Assembly (NCBI GenBank): GCA_964351195.1
Contig: CAYGNI010000001.1
Span: forward strand, 5,575 to 69,574
From: an uncultured Micavibrio sp.
Lineage (GTDB): Bacteria; Pseudomonadota; Alphaproteobacteria; Micavibrionales; Micavibrionaceae
DNA length: 64,000 nt
Reading direction: 5' to 3'
This document shows, in pieces, positions 9,425 to 20,002 of this stretch. Position numbers and translations under genes: made by a program. The notes beneath the pieces are model-generated. The model did no database searches, was not told where the DNA came from, and saw nothing but the letters and a program-made list of their open reading frames with translations. Every line of letters starts with the position of its first letter. Positions within the stretch are counted from its first letter, which is position 1.

Positions 9425-10426
9425 ATGCGTATGCCTGCCCAAGAGCCCTTAACACTGTTCCAATCAATTATGGGGAAACCCAATTTGGAGCCCGAACAGA
9501 CCATCACGTCTGGCGCGATTAATACTATTTTTGTGTTTAGGCAAGACGGAAAAAGAGGGGTTTTGCGTGTAAGGACGGGGGAAGAAAATTTTATCTACGA
9601 AAAAGGCTTTTTTAAAGAACTGCTTCTCGAACATTTTCTTGCAAGCGCATTAACCGGCATAGATAACGCAGCACACAATCAAAAAGTTTTAGAAGAGGCG
9701 CTCGATGCTGCAAAACAAGGCGTTATTCCAGAGCAGAAAAGCGGGGTCTTACCCGCACCGCTCGCAGTCGGAAAGATTCAAATGAATGGGCGCTCCACCC
9801 CCTGGATGCTGCAAGAATATGCGGAAGGACTTTTGATGGCGGGATCAAAGGATCGCGAGATCTGGAGAGAGCTGGGCCGCAAAATTGCTTTTTTGCATAG
9901 CTTTTCATTATCAAGCGCCGGACGCTTTGATGCCGAGGCCAGGGATTTATTATTTTCTCAGCATGTTAAAGCGGTTATTGATGAAATTGCTCAGAAAGCA
10001 CCGTATGCATTAATGAGGAAGTTTGAAATTCAGTCCAGGCAAGAAGCCCCCTTCTCATTGTGTCACAACGACTTGCACCCTCTCAATATTGTCAGTGTAA
10101 AAAGTGGTTTGCATGTCTTAGACTGGGATAACGCTTCGATATCAGCCCCTATGCAAGATCTGGCTAAACTTCAAAGATGGACAAACATTGATGAACTTGG
10201 TTACTTGACCCCTGATGCTGATAAGTTTCAGGCATTCTTAGAGGGTTATAGGGAGATCGCTTCGCATGAAATTGATGATACGTTGTTGCAGCTTTACGAG
10301 CTTTTATTTTTATGCCGCGTCTACAGATTTGAAGAAAAACGAGAAAATGCGGGAAGATCACCCCAAGCCCCACATCCTGCCAGCGACACATATAAGCAAA
10401 GAATAGCAGAGCTCTGTCAGGGTTAG
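9425..10426 (+). CDS. Aminoglycoside/choline-kinase-like phosphotransferase family protein
   Basis: Brenner-type catalytic loop CHNDLHPLNIV and VLDWDNA metal-binding motif. Confidence 0.7.
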   Translation: MRMPAQEPLTLFQSIMGKPNLEPEQTITSGAINTIFVFRQDGKRGVLRVRTGEENFIYEKGFFKELLLEHFLASALTGIDNAAHNQKVLEEALDAAKQGVIPEQKSGVLPAPLAVGKIQMNGRSTPWMLQEYAEGLLMAGSKDREIWRELGRKIAFLHSFSLSSAGRFDAEARDLLFSQHVKAVIDEIAQKAPYALMRKFEIQSRQEAPFSLCHNDLHPLNIVSVKSGLHVLDWDNASISAPMQDLAKLQRWTNIDELGYLTPDADKFQAFLEGYREIASHEIDDTLLQLYELLFLCRVYRFEEKRENAGRSPQAPHPASDTYKQRIAELCQG

Positions 10427-12138
10427 GCGTTTTTATCTGTTTCCTGCGCCACAACATCCTTACGGCTTAGCTTGCCGATCATGGTTTTGGGCAAAGGTGC
10501 ATCGCGGAACTCGATGCGTTTGGGCAATTCGATGGTGGAGATTTTATCGGCTAAAAACGTTTTGAGATCCTCCACCGAAAGCTCGCGCCCCTCTTTCAGC
10601 TTAATCCATGCCTTCACGATCTCGCCGCGCTGCTTATCGGGCAGGCCTGCAACGATGCATTCCTCAACCGACGGGTGCTGGTAAATCGCTTCCTCGACAT
10701 GGCGCGGATAAACATTATAGCCGTTGGTGATGATGAGGTCTTTGATGCGGTCGACAATAAAGATATAGCCGCGCTCATCCATGACCGCGACATCGCCCGT
10801 ATGCAGCCGCAAGCCGCCATCGGGCGTTGCGCGCAGCACATCTTCGCTTTCCCTGGGTTTTTTGTAATAGCCCTTCATCACTTGGGGCCCGCGAATACAC
10901 AGCTCGCCGCGCTCACCAATTGGCATCGGCGTTTGTTTATCATCGCGGTCAATAATCTCGATCACGGTTTGCGGGATCGGCAGGCCAATGGAGCCCGCAA
11001 CATTCTCCCCAAAGGGCGGGTTCACAGTCGCCACGGGCGTGGACTCCGTAAGGCCGTAACCTTCAAAAACCTTACAGCCCGTTTTTTCCTCGAACTTCTT
11101 TTTCACCTCAACGGGCAACGGCGCGCCGCCCGAGATGCAATAATCCAGAGATTTGAGATTAAATTTTGCCAGCTTTTTGTGGTTGTTGATCGCGTTATAA
11201 ATCGCGGGGACACCCGCCATATATTGCGGCCTGCATTTGTGAATGAGCTTAAGAGCTTCATCAAGCTCAAAGCGCGGGATCGTGACGATCTCCATGCCCG
11301 CGAGCACAGCCATGTTCATGCATACGGTCATGGCGAAGACATGGAAGAACGGCAGCACGGCCAGCATTTTCTCATGCCCCCCATTCACATCTTTTTTCGG
11401 ATCAGGGAAATTGGCGTAGCATTGCACCGCGTTGGCGTGGATATTCGCATGGGTGAGCATCGCGCCCTTGGGCACGCCCGTCGTCCCGCCCGTATATTGC
11501 AAAACGGCAACGTCATTCAGCAAATCGATTTTGACCGGCGTCACCTTGCCGTCATTCTTGGTGAGATCCGCATACGATAAGATGCGCTTATTGAATGTAA
11601 CACTGGCTTTATCTTTGGCCTTGAAAATCGGAAACAGGATGTTTTTCGGGAACGGCAGGATATCGGTAAACGAACAGACGACAAGCTTTTTCAGCCGCGT
11701 ATCCGAAAGCATTTTCACCGCTTTATCCATGAGCAGCGTCAAATCTATGGTCACAAACACATCTGTATCGCTGTCTTCAATCTGATGGCGCAGCTCGCCC
11801 TCCGCATAGAGCGGATTAAAGTTCACCACAGTGGCTCCGATTTTGAGAATCGCGTAATACGCGATGAGGAAATATGGGCAATTCGGTAGGAAAATCCCGA
11901 CTTTGTCCCCCCGTTGTATGCCTTCTTTCTGTAATCCACAGGCAAATTTATCGATCTGTTGACCCAGTTCCTCCCATGTATAAGTGGTTCCATTCCCCAT
12001 AAAATCAAAGGCCGTCTCATCGGGCCTTTTCGCGCGTGTTGATTCGAAAACATCAACCATGGATTGCGCAGAAATGGTCATATTCCAGTCAGGTTTGGGG
12101 GGATAATTTTTCAGCCAAGGATAATCGAATGTGGTCAT
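10423..12138 (-). CDS. Long-chain fatty-acid--CoA ligase (AMP-binding enzyme)
   Basis: AMP-binding signature LQYTGGTTGVPKGAMLTH, then GYGLTES and C-terminal LPKTMIGKLSRK. Confidence 0.9.
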   Translation of the reverse strand: MTTFDYPWLKNYPPKPDWNMTISAQSMVDVFESTRAKRPDETAFDFMGNGTTYTWEELGQQIDKFACGLQKEGIQRGDKVGIFLPNCPYFLIAYYAILKIGATVVNFNPLYAEGELRHQIEDSDTDVFVTIDLTLLMDKAVKMLSDTRLKKLVVCSFTDILPFPKNILFPIFKAKDKASVTFNKRILSYADLTKNDGKVTPVKIDLLNDVAVLQYTGGTTGVPKGAMLTHANIHANAVQCYANFPDPKKDVNGGHEKMLAVLPFFHVFAMTVCMNMAVLAGMEIVTIPRFELDEALKLIHKCRPQYMAGVPAIYNAINNHKKLAKFNLKSLDYCISGGAPLPVEVKKKFEEKTGCKVFEGYGLTESTPVATVNPPFGENVAGSIGLPIPQTVIEIIDRDDKQTPMPIGERGELCIRGPQVMKGYYKKPRESEDVLRATPDGGLRLHTGDVAVMDERGYIFIVDRIKDLIITNGYNVYPRHVEEAIYQHPSVEECIVAGLPDKQRGEIVKAWIKLKEGRELSVEDLKTFLADKISTIELPKRIEFRDAPLPKTMIGKLSRKDVVAQETDKNA

Positions 12139-12352
12139 ATGAAAGCCTTATGTTGCTCATTATATTGTATTTTAAAGTGCCGATGATTGCAAAAGATCTG
12201 ATTTCATAAACTTTATATTATGGCTGGATTTATCCATAAATTTATTCCATTATGATATTTCTTACACTGCGTTCGTAGTAAAACTTCTTCTTGAGTAAAA
12301 TTATCTGAGTTCTGTTATATCTCTGAGTCAATAAACACTAAGGAATTCAATT

Positions 12353-12862
12353 GTGTCTGCTGTCGATCAACCTCTCCTTCCCGAGGAAGACCTCAAACCC
12401 GTAAAGCTGCACCTTAAATGGTTCAATGGAACCAAAGGTTTTGGATTCCTTGTTCCCGAGGATGAAAGCTTTGACGCATTTCTGCACATCACAACGCTGC
12501 AAGAAGCGGGTATGCATTTCCTGGGCGAAGGCGCAGTTCTTATGTGCACCGTCTATGACGGTCCTAAGGGTAAGCAGATCAAAGATGTGATCGAAGTCCT
12601 GGAACAGGGCGCGGTCAACATGATGCCCGAAGCCAATGAAGAAGACGGCACCGTGACCATGGGCGGCCTTGTAAAATGGTATAAACCTGAAAAAGGCTTC
12701 GGCTTCATTATTCCCGATGACGGCATGAAGGATGTGTTCATCCACCAGAGCCTGCTGGAAAAGCTTGAGGTTGATGAACTGGAAGCCGGTCAACGCGTGC
12801 GCGTCACCCTTAAAAACGTTGATAAAGGCCGCGAAGCCGTCGATATCAAGATTGTACGCTAG
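12353..12862 (+). CDS. Cold-shock protein with two tandem cold-shock domains
   Basis: Two CSD RNP motifs: KWFNGTKGFGFLVPED and VKWYKPEKGFGFIIPDD. GTG start. Preceded by a ~210-nt AT-rich leader. Confidence 0.85.
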   Translation: MSAVDQPLLPEEDLKPVKLHLKWFNGTKGFGFLVPEDESFDAFLHITTLQEAGMHFLGEGAVLMCTVYDGPKGKQIKDVIEVLEQGAVNMMPEANEEDGTVTMGGLVKWYKPEKGFGFIIPDDGMKDVFIHQSLLEKLEVDELEAGQRVRVTLKNVDKGREAVDIKIVR

Positions 12863-15800
12863 GCGCCTTTTTGACTTTAGGCGCACGCGATTTTTTCATC
12901 CCAAATTTCCCAAAGAAATTTTTCGCATTCTCCCGCAGCATGAGCGCGCTGGGCGTCACCACAAGCGTTAGCACGGTTGAGAAACTGAGGCCGTAAACAA
13001 CAGCCGTCGAAAGCTGTACCCACCATTGCGTCGACGGCGCGCCATAACTGACCTCCCGCGCAATGAAATCGATATTGAGCTGCAGTACCATCGGCATCAG
13101 CCCCACCACAGTGGTAATGGTCGTCAGCAAAACAGGACGCAGCCTTTGCGCCCCCGTGCGCAGTATAATCTCGCGCACGTTCATTTTATCGCCGTATTCT
13201 TTGCGCAGATGATCGAACGTGTCGATCAACACGATATTGTTATTCACGATAATCCCGGCCAGAGCGATCACACCCACCCCGCTCATGATGATGCCAAAGG
13301 GCTGACCCGTGACCATAAGGCCGATCATCACGCCAATCGTCGACATGATCACTGCCGTCAAAATGAGAAGCGCGGAATAAAAGCTGTTGAACTGCGTCAC
13401 CAGAATAATCGCCATAATAAACAGCGCCACAACGAAAGCCTTCATTAGGAACTCCTGTGCCTCACGCTGGTCTTCATCCTCACCCTTAAAGGTGACCTCA
13501 ACCTGTGGGTCGATCTTATTCGCGTTCGTTTGCATCCAGGCTTTAATCGCCTCGACCTTTTCATTGATGTTAAAGCCCGGCGGCAAATCAGCCTTAATGG
13601 TTACAATGCGCCGCTGATCAGAGCGGTTGATGACACCCACAGCGGGCTTCGCCCGCCGCTCGACAAAGCTGCTGATCGGCACAGACCCGTTCGCCCCTTC
13701 GATGCGCACATTATCCAGCTGGTCCAGCGTGCGCTGATCAATGTCGTGACGAAGGACAATGTCGATTTCCTCATCGCTGTCATTCGGGCGGTATTCCGCG
13801 ACTTCCAGGCCGTTTGTGACCATCCGCACATAAAACCCGATCGTCGTGATATCCAGCCCGAATTTCGCGGCCTGAGAACGGTCGACATCCAGCTCCCAGT
13901 CAATGCCGGGCAGGGGACGGCTATCTTCGATATCTCTAAAATCACCAATCTCCTCCAGCGCGCCCAAAAACAGCTCTGTCGCCGCGTCCAGCCTTTCCGG
14001 ATGCCGCGAAGCGAGTTGAATTTGCACGTCTTTGCCGCTTGGCGGCCCGCCCTCTTGCTTGCGGGTTTCCACCATAATGCCGGGAATATTGGCGGTCTTC
14101 TCACGGATTTCATTCAAAATGCTATCCGCGCTATCACGCATGAACCAGTCCTCAAACTGAAGCTGGAATTGCCCGATCACATCTTCCGCCAAATCCGATC
14201 CCTGCTGTGGCGCTTTCCCCGCGCGCGTATAAACGGTTCTGATCCCGTCTATGCCTACAATAATCTTCTCGGCCTCACGCACCAGCTTGTCTTCTTCAAA
14301 AACCGAGAGATTGCCGCGCGCATGCACAAGAACACTGGCAAAATCGGGCTCGATATCGGGAAAGAATTCAACGCCTTTTCCAAGCTTCGCATAGGCCATT
14401 TGCACCCCGACCAACAACACAGCCGCCAGTACGAGGATAAAGCCGGGCACAGATAACGCCTTATTCAAAACCTTAATATAAACGCCTGTAAACCCGCCCA
14501 CATCTTTGAGATCGCCTTCCTCTGCCGCCGCCAGCGCTTTTTGCAATTTCGGATCACTGGCCGCCCCGGCCTTGCCGAATAAAGCCCCCAGCACCGGTAC
14601 AAACACCAAAGCCATGAGCAGAGAAGCCGATAACACGCAAATCAGTGTAAGCGGCATGTATTTCATAAATTCACCCGCAATCCCCGGCCAGAATAGCAAA
14701 GGCGCAAACGCCGCCAAAGTCGTCGCGGTAGAAGAAACAATCGGCCAGGCCATGCGTTTGGCCGCGATAGCATAGGCTTCGCGCCGGTGCAGCCCCTCTG
14801 CCATTTTCCGGTCCGCAAGCTCGGTTACAACAATCGCCCCGTCTACTAGCATTCCCACGGACAAAATAAGCGAGAACAGCACAACGATATTCACCGTCAG
14901 CCCCATGGCGAAAACAATCAAAATACCCGTCAAGAACGCGCCGGGAATGGCAATACCCACAAGCCCCGCCGCGCGTACGCCAAGCGCCCAGACCACCACA
15001 ATCATCACCAGCAAAATAGCGCTAATGACGTTGTTTTGCAGATCTGCGAGCATGGTGCGGATCGTCTTAGATTCATCTTGTGTGAAGGCGACCTCCACGG
15101 CGTCCGGCCATAATTCCTGCTCTTCGGCAACAAGGGCGCGTACCGCCTCAATCGTATCAATCACATTTTCACCGCTGCGCTTGACCACCTCAATCGCCAC
15201 TGCCCGGTCACCATTCAGCCGCGCAAAATTCTCCGGATCTTTGAACGTGCGCCGGATTTCGGCGATATCACCCACAGTAATGCTGGAATCCTGACTGACG
15301 CGTAAAGGCATCGACATAATATCCGACACGCTTTCAAACAATCCCGGTACCTCAATCGCAAAGCGTCCTGCGCCCGTATCCAGATTCCCCGCCGCCACCA
15401 ACCGGTTAGAACGATTAAAGAAATCCAGAATTTCCACGCCATCAAGCCCGTAACTCTCCAAAAGCTCGGGCTTCACGATAATTTCAACAAGCTCCTCGCG
15501 GTCCCCCGTAATCGGCGCTTCCAAAACCGAAGGCATCGCCTCGATTTTCTCCTGCAGCCATTGCGCCAGCTTCAAAAGCGTGCGCTCGGGCACTTGTCCA
15601 GAAAGCGTGACGATCAGAACGGGAAACAGGCTGAAATTCACTTCTGTTACTTTTGGCTCATCGACATCATCGGGCAGCTCGGGGCGCGCCTGATCCACGC
15701 CTTTTTGCACGTCATCCAGCGCTTTGTCCTTATCAAAACCCGCCTGAAATTCGAGCAGCACGTAACCGCCGCCCTGATACCCCGAAGCGCGCATCTCCTT

Positions 15801-16037
15801 GACGCCTTCAATGCTGGTAAGCTCTTGCTCCAGCGGGCGGATCAAAAGCCGCTCCGCATCGTCGGGGGAAATCCCCTCCAAATGCATAGAGACATAAATT
15901 TGCGGGATATCAATATCGGGTGAAGACTCTTTGGGAATGGTTACATAGGCATAAATGCCGGCAATGATCAAAAGCACAAAGATCGAAAGAACGGTGCGCG
16001 CATGGCTGATCGAGGCATCTATGATCGGCGCCATCAT
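12846..16037 (-). CDS. RND efflux transporter permease (AcrB/AcrD/AcrF family)
   Basis: 1,063 aa with 12-TM RND architecture. 4-nt overlap with the upstream adaptor gene. Confidence 0.92.
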   Translation of the reverse strand: MMAPIIDASISHARTVLSIFVLLIIAGIYAYVTIPKESSPDIDIPQIYVSMHLEGISPDDAERLLIRPLEQELTSIEGVKEMRASGYQGGGYVLLEFQAGFDKDKALDDVQKGVDQARPELPDDVDEPKVTEVNFSLFPVLIVTLSGQVPERTLLKLAQWLQEKIEAMPSVLEAPITGDREELVEIIVKPELLESYGLDGVEILDFFNRSNRLVAAGNLDTGAGRFAIEVPGLFESVSDIMSMPLRVSQDSSITVGDIAEIRRTFKDPENFARLNGDRAVAIEVVKRSGENVIDTIEAVRALVAEEQELWPDAVEVAFTQDESKTIRTMLADLQNNVISAILLVMIVVVWALGVRAAGLVGIAIPGAFLTGILIVFAMGLTVNIVVLFSLILSVGMLVDGAIVVTELADRKMAEGLHRREAYAIAAKRMAWPIVSSTATTLAAFAPLLFWPGIAGEFMKYMPLTLICVLSASLLMALVFVPVLGALFGKAGAASDPKLQKALAAAEEGDLKDVGGFTGVYIKVLNKALSVPGFILVLAAVLLVGVQMAYAKLGKGVEFFPDIEPDFASVLVHARGNLSVFEEDKLVREAEKIIVGIDGIRTVYTRAGKAPQQGSDLAEDVIGQFQLQFEDWFMRDSADSILNEIREKTANIPGIMVETRKQEGGPPSGKDVQIQLASRHPERLDAATELFLGALEEIGDFRDIEDSRPLPGIDWELDVDRSQAAKFGLDITTIGFYVRMVTNGLEVAEYRPNDSDEEIDIVLRHDIDQRTLDQLDNVRIEGANGSVPISSFVERRAKPAVGVINRSDQRRIVTIKADLPPGFNINEKVEAIKAWMQTNANKIDPQVEVTFKGEDEDQREAQEFLMKAFVVALFIMAIILVTQFNSFYSALLILTAVIMSTIGVMIGLMVTGQPFGIIMSGVGVIALAGIIVNNNIVLIDTFDHLRKEYGDKMNVREIILRTGAQRLRPVLLTTITTVVGLMPMVLQLNIDFIAREVSYGAPSTQWWVQLSTAVVYGLSFSTVLTLVVTPSALMLRENAKNFFGKFGMKKSRAPKVKKAPSVQS

Positions 16038-17119
16038 AACAAGCCGTCACCTTCCGCTGGAATAGGCTCAACCGTCTGCCCTTCAATCACAAATTCCTGA
16101 CCAACAGTAATAAAACGCGCCGTTTCGTTTGGTCCTGTGATCCACATTGCATCGGGCTTATCCGCGAGTATATTGACTGGAATAAATTCAACAATATTCT
16201 GAGCGTTCACAATCTTCACACCGATTTGACCAGCATCATTGAGCGAGAGTATAGAAGGCGAAATCTTATGCGCAATTTTGTTGGACACAGGGATAGCCAA
16301 GGTCGCGGTCAAACCGTCCCGCACATTCATATCGGCATTGGGTGTGGAAACCACGACACGGAATGTGCGTGTCTCTGGATCAGCGGCAGGCGCGATATAG
16401 GAAATCTCGCCTATCACGACCTCTCCATTCAAAAGCTCTATAGGGGTCTGCATACCGGTTTCAATTTCATTGATGCGGCGCTCTGAAATATATCCAACAA
16501 ACTCAATCGGATCCAAATCGACAATCGTAAACAACGTATCGCCCGCACTGACATAATCACCAAGATCAATAGCCTGATCATAAATCACACCTTCAAACGG
16601 CGCTTCGATATTCGTTTTCGCCAGATTAAGATTAGCCTCCGCCAACGCGGCTTTAGCATCCTCCAGATCCGCAAGGCTCTGTGCCAGGCGCACTTGCGAA
16701 TTAAAGCCCTTATCGGCCAGTTTTTTCGCGGCGTTATATTCGATCTGGCGCTGGTTGACGCGCTCTTGCGCTTCCGATTTGCGGGCCTTGCGATCGCGGA
16801 TTTCCAGCACAGCCAGAACATCCCCTTCCTCCACGCTCATCCCTTCTTCCTTGTCGATGCTGCCAATCGCGCCGCTGATCTCGGCCTTAAGCTCAACAGA
16901 GCGCGAAGCCTGCGAGCGCCCGGTTACAACCACGCTGTCGGCATAAGGAACCGCTTTGATATCCCGCACCCGCACTTGCGTCATACGGGCGTCTGCGGCG
17001 TTGTATGTTGTGGGGGTTGTGTCAGATTGCGTTGGCGCATCATCGCCCAAAAAGCCAGAACCAATCCAGACGATGGCAATAATGGCAATGAGTATGGCGA
17101 TGAGCTGTGAAGATTTCAT
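16034..17119 (-). CDS. RND efflux periplasmic adaptor (MFP)
   Basis: N-terminal membrane anchor, lipoyl/coiled-coil/beta-barrel pattern (VRLAQSLADLEDAKAALAEANLNLAKTNIEAPFEGVI). Confidence 0.88.
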   Translation of the reverse strand: MKSSQLIAILIAIIAIVWIGSGFLGDDAPTQSDTTPTTYNAADARMTQVRVRDIKAVPYADSVVVTGRSQASRSVELKAEISGAIGSIDKEEGMSVEEGDVLAVLEIRDRKARKSEAQERVNQRQIEYNAAKKLADKGFNSQVRLAQSLADLEDAKAALAEANLNLAKTNIEAPFEGVIYDQAIDLGDYVSAGDTLFTIVDLDPIEFVGYISERRINEIETGMQTPIELLNGEVVIGEISYIAPAADPETRTFRVVVSTPNADMNVRDGLTATLAIPVSNKIAHKISPSILSLNDAGQIGVKIVNAQNIVEFIPVNILADKPDAMWITGPNETARFITVGQEFVIEGQTVEPIPAEGDGLL

Positions 17120-17268
17120 GATTTCTTTTTTAAGCTATTAGAGAATGTTATGCCAGAGCCTATTTCCAAAAGCGTCAAGAGAGGCATGGCCGCTAGTCAA
17201 ATAATGCAAATTATGCGATAATCCAGCCACACTGCTTACGCCTCTCATCACCTCTGATCTGATAGTTA

Positions 17269-19977
17269 ATGAAACAAGCTTCCCTCATAAAAAAAGCACG
17301 CATTTTTGTAATATCCTGCTCTGCGCTGTTGGTTGCAATGGGTACGAGCGTTATCTACGGATGGCATATTGAAAGCCACATGCTGACACAGATCAATCCG
17401 AGTTTTGCACCAATGCAATTCAACACGGCTCTAGGATTTTTCATATGCGCTCTCTCACTGTTGTGCCTTCAGCTTGATTTGCAAATCCTCTCAAGACTGC
17501 TGAGCGTGATTGTCCTTGCTCTTGGAATTGCAACACTCTCCCAGTATGTCTTCGAAACAACCCTCGGGATTGACCAACTCTTCATGGACCATACAATCAT
17601 GACCAAGACATCTCACCCGGGTCGTATGGCGCCCAACACTGCTTTATGTTTTTCATTATGCAGCCTGGCATTATTGATTGGAGGGCTAAAAAGATCTTTG
17701 ATGATCAGCCTGTGCGGCGCCGCCTTAATCTTGGGTGCGATGGCCCTGCTCGGATATATTTTCAAAGCGGAAGGCGTTTACGGATGGGGCAACCTTACAA
17801 GAATGGCTGTACATACGGCTTTCGGATTTGTAATTCTTACATCAGGTTCTATCGCATACGCCTTAAGCGTGAAAAAAAACAGAAGGTTTGATTTTTGGAG
17901 GCTGGCGCCATTCTCCATTGCAACCACTGTTTTCATCCTAACACTTCTGTCTTGGTATGCGGTAAAAGAAGAAACGCAGGCCCGCAACGAGGCATATTTT
18001 AAAGATTTAACCCAGGAAACCAGTGACGCAATTCTAGACCGATATGCCCTTTATGAAGAAAGCCTAAGAGGTGGGTTAGGTCTTCACTACGCTTCAATTG
18101 AAGTCAGCAGGAGCGAATGGAAAGCCTATGTCAACGCCTTAAATATAGAACAGACCCTGCCGGGTATTAATGGTCTTGGTTATATAGACTATACGCTTGC
18201 AAAGAATCTTGAAGAGTATATTGAGAGCGCACGTGCCGATGAAGCTCCTGATTTCCAAAATCACCCACAGACATTGTATCCCGATAAATTCATCATCAAA
18301 TACATTGAACCCGAGGAGATGAACAAAGAAGCTATAGGGCTCGATATCGGTTTTGAGCCTAACCGCCGTGCAGCTGCTGAGCGCGCGCGCGATTTAGGCG
18401 TTGCCGCATTAACCAAAAAAATACTGCTCGTGCAGGACCATGAAAAGAAAGCTGGCTTTTTACTGCTCATTCCGACCTATAAAACAAAAAATACACCTCA
18501 GACTATTGAAGAAAGGCGTGAGCATTTTCAGGGCTGGGTTTATGCACCTTTTATTGGCCCTAAATTTTTAGAGCAGCTAAGCAAGGTAAGCAGGGAACAG
18601 TTGAACTTCGCTGTCTACGATGGAGAGACAATAGTTCCGGAAACTCTTATCTACAAAAATGCAGCGATCGATATGCAAGGCCCTTATAGTATACAAACAA
18701 AAATAAAAATCGCCGGCAGAACATGGACACTGCAATACTCCTCAAGCGAAGACTTCCAACCACCGGCAAAGGAAAACACAGCAACACTTATATTACTAAT
18801 CGGCAGTATATTCTCCATCCTCCTATACGCTACATTGTGGAGACTGCTCCACAGTAAGGAACTCATAGCAGATCAGGTTGAAAAAAGAACAGCGCAGCTG
18901 GCCGAGAGCGAACAGCGATTCAGGGCAACAATGGAGGGTTCCGCCGTCGGAATGGCGCTGGTTGCTCCTGATGGCCGCTGGTTAAAAATCAATAACGCCA
19001 TGAGCGATATTCTGGGATATTCCGAGGAAGAACTAAAATCCTTGGACTTCCAATCCATCACCTACAACTGCGACCTTGAAGCAGATTTAGATTTTGTACA
19101 AAAAGTGCTCTATGGAGATTTAAAAACCTACCAAATAGAAAAACGCTACATCCGTAAAGATGGCTCCATTATATGGGGCTTGTTGAGCGTCGCGTTGGTT
19201 AGGGAAGCAGACGGAAGCCCTAAGCACTTTATTTCCCAAATCCAGGACATCACAACCCAAAAAGAAGCAGCCGAAAAAATTCTCAAAGCCAATGAGGAAT
19301 TAGAACGCTCTAACCTTGAGTTGGAAAGGTTCGCTTATATTGCCTCTCATGATTTGCAGGAACCGCTGAGAAAAATCGGTGGCTTTACAGACCGCTTAAA
19401 AGCACATTTAGAAGGTCAGCTTGATGACAAAGCTTTAACCTACATGAACTTTGTAACAGATGGTGCCGAACGCATGCGCGAGCTTATTCAAGGCTTGTTG
19501 GCATATTCTCGCATCCGCTATGACAAGGGCGAGTCAGAAAAATTAGATGCAAATGAAATTGTTGCCAGAGCGATTGATAATCTGAGCGAAACAATTGCCG
19601 AAAATGAAGCCAAAATTCAATACGACAACCTACCGACTGTATCTTACAGCAAGGTCATGATGACTCAACTGTTCCAAAACCTCATTTCAAACGCCATAAA
19701 ATACCGGAGCAAAAAAAATCCAGAAATAATAATTTCTGCACATAAAGTTTCAGATTTCTGGGAGTTTTCAGTTGCAGATAATGGTATGGGCATAGAAGAA
19801 CAAAATTTGGATCGTATCTTCGAAATGTTCCAGAGGCTTCACAGAAAAGAAGAAATACCAGGAGCGGGAATAGGGCTATCGCTATGCCAAAAAATCGTAG
19901 AATCTTATGGTGGTGAAATTTGGGTTAAATCTGAACATGGAAAAGGATCTGTGTTCACCTTTAGTGTCCCGATTTAA
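17269..19977 (+). CDS. Membrane sensor histidine kinase (multi-TM N-terminus, CHASE-like periplasmic domain, PAS, HisKA, HATPase)
   Basis: H-box [22 protein letters not shown]-box NLISNAIKY and G-box DNGMGIE...GAGIGLSLC. PAS segment QRFRATMEGSAVGMALVAPDGRWLKINNA. Confidence 0.88.
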   Translation: MKQASLIKKARIFVISCSALLVAMGTSVIYGWHIESHMLTQINPSFAPMQFNTALGFFICALSLLCLQLDLQILSRLLSVIVLALGIATLSQYVFETTLGIDQLFMDHTIMTKTSHPGRMAPNTALCFSLCSLALLIGGLKRSLMISLCGAALILGAMALLGYIFKAEGVYGWGNLTRMAVHTAFGFVILTSGSIAYALSVKKNRRFDFWRLAPFSIATTVFILTLLSWYAVKEETQARNEAYFKDLTQETSDAILDRYALYEESLRGGLGLHYASIEVSRSEWKAYVNALNIEQTLPGINGLGYIDYTLAKNLEEYIESARADEAPDFQNHPQTLYPDKFIIKYIEPEEMNKEAIGLDIGFEPNRRAAAERARDLGVAALTKKILLVQDHEKKAGFLLLIPTYKTKNTPQTIEERREHFQGWVYAPFIGPKFLEQLSKVSREQLNFAVYDGETIVPETLIYKNAAIDMQGPYSIQTKIKIAGRTWTLQYSSSEDFQPPAKENTATLILLIGSIFSILLYATLWRLLHSKELIADQVEKRTAQLAESEQRFRATMEGSAVGMALVAPDGRWLKINNAMSDILGYSEEELKSLDFQSITYNCDLEADLDFVQKVLYGDLKTYQIEKRYIRKDGSIIWGLLSVALVREADGSPKHFISQIQDITTQKEAAEKILKANEELERSNLELERFAYIASHDLQEPLRKIGGFTDRLKAHLEGQLDDKALTYMNFVTDGAERMRELIQGLLAYSRIRYDKGESEKLDANEIVARAIDNLSETIAENEAKIQYDNLPTVSYSKVMMTQLFQNLISNAIKYRSKKNPEIIISAHKVSDFWEFSVADNGMGIEEQNLDRIFEMFQRLHRKEEIPGAGIGLSLCQKIVESYGGEIWVKSEHGKGSVFTFSVPI

Positions 19978-20002
19978 AAACAAGAAAAACAAACAAGCAT
20001 GA

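Noticed and set aside
10675-14456. Long antisense ORFs inside fadD-like and RND genes (10675-11580 and 13530-14456), plus similar ones at 12347-12886, 35643-36242, 36678-37427 and 37494-38189.
   Set aside because: Their Arg/His/Gln-rich low-complexity translations are typical of shadow frames. Each lies wholly inside a strongly supported gene on the opposite strand.
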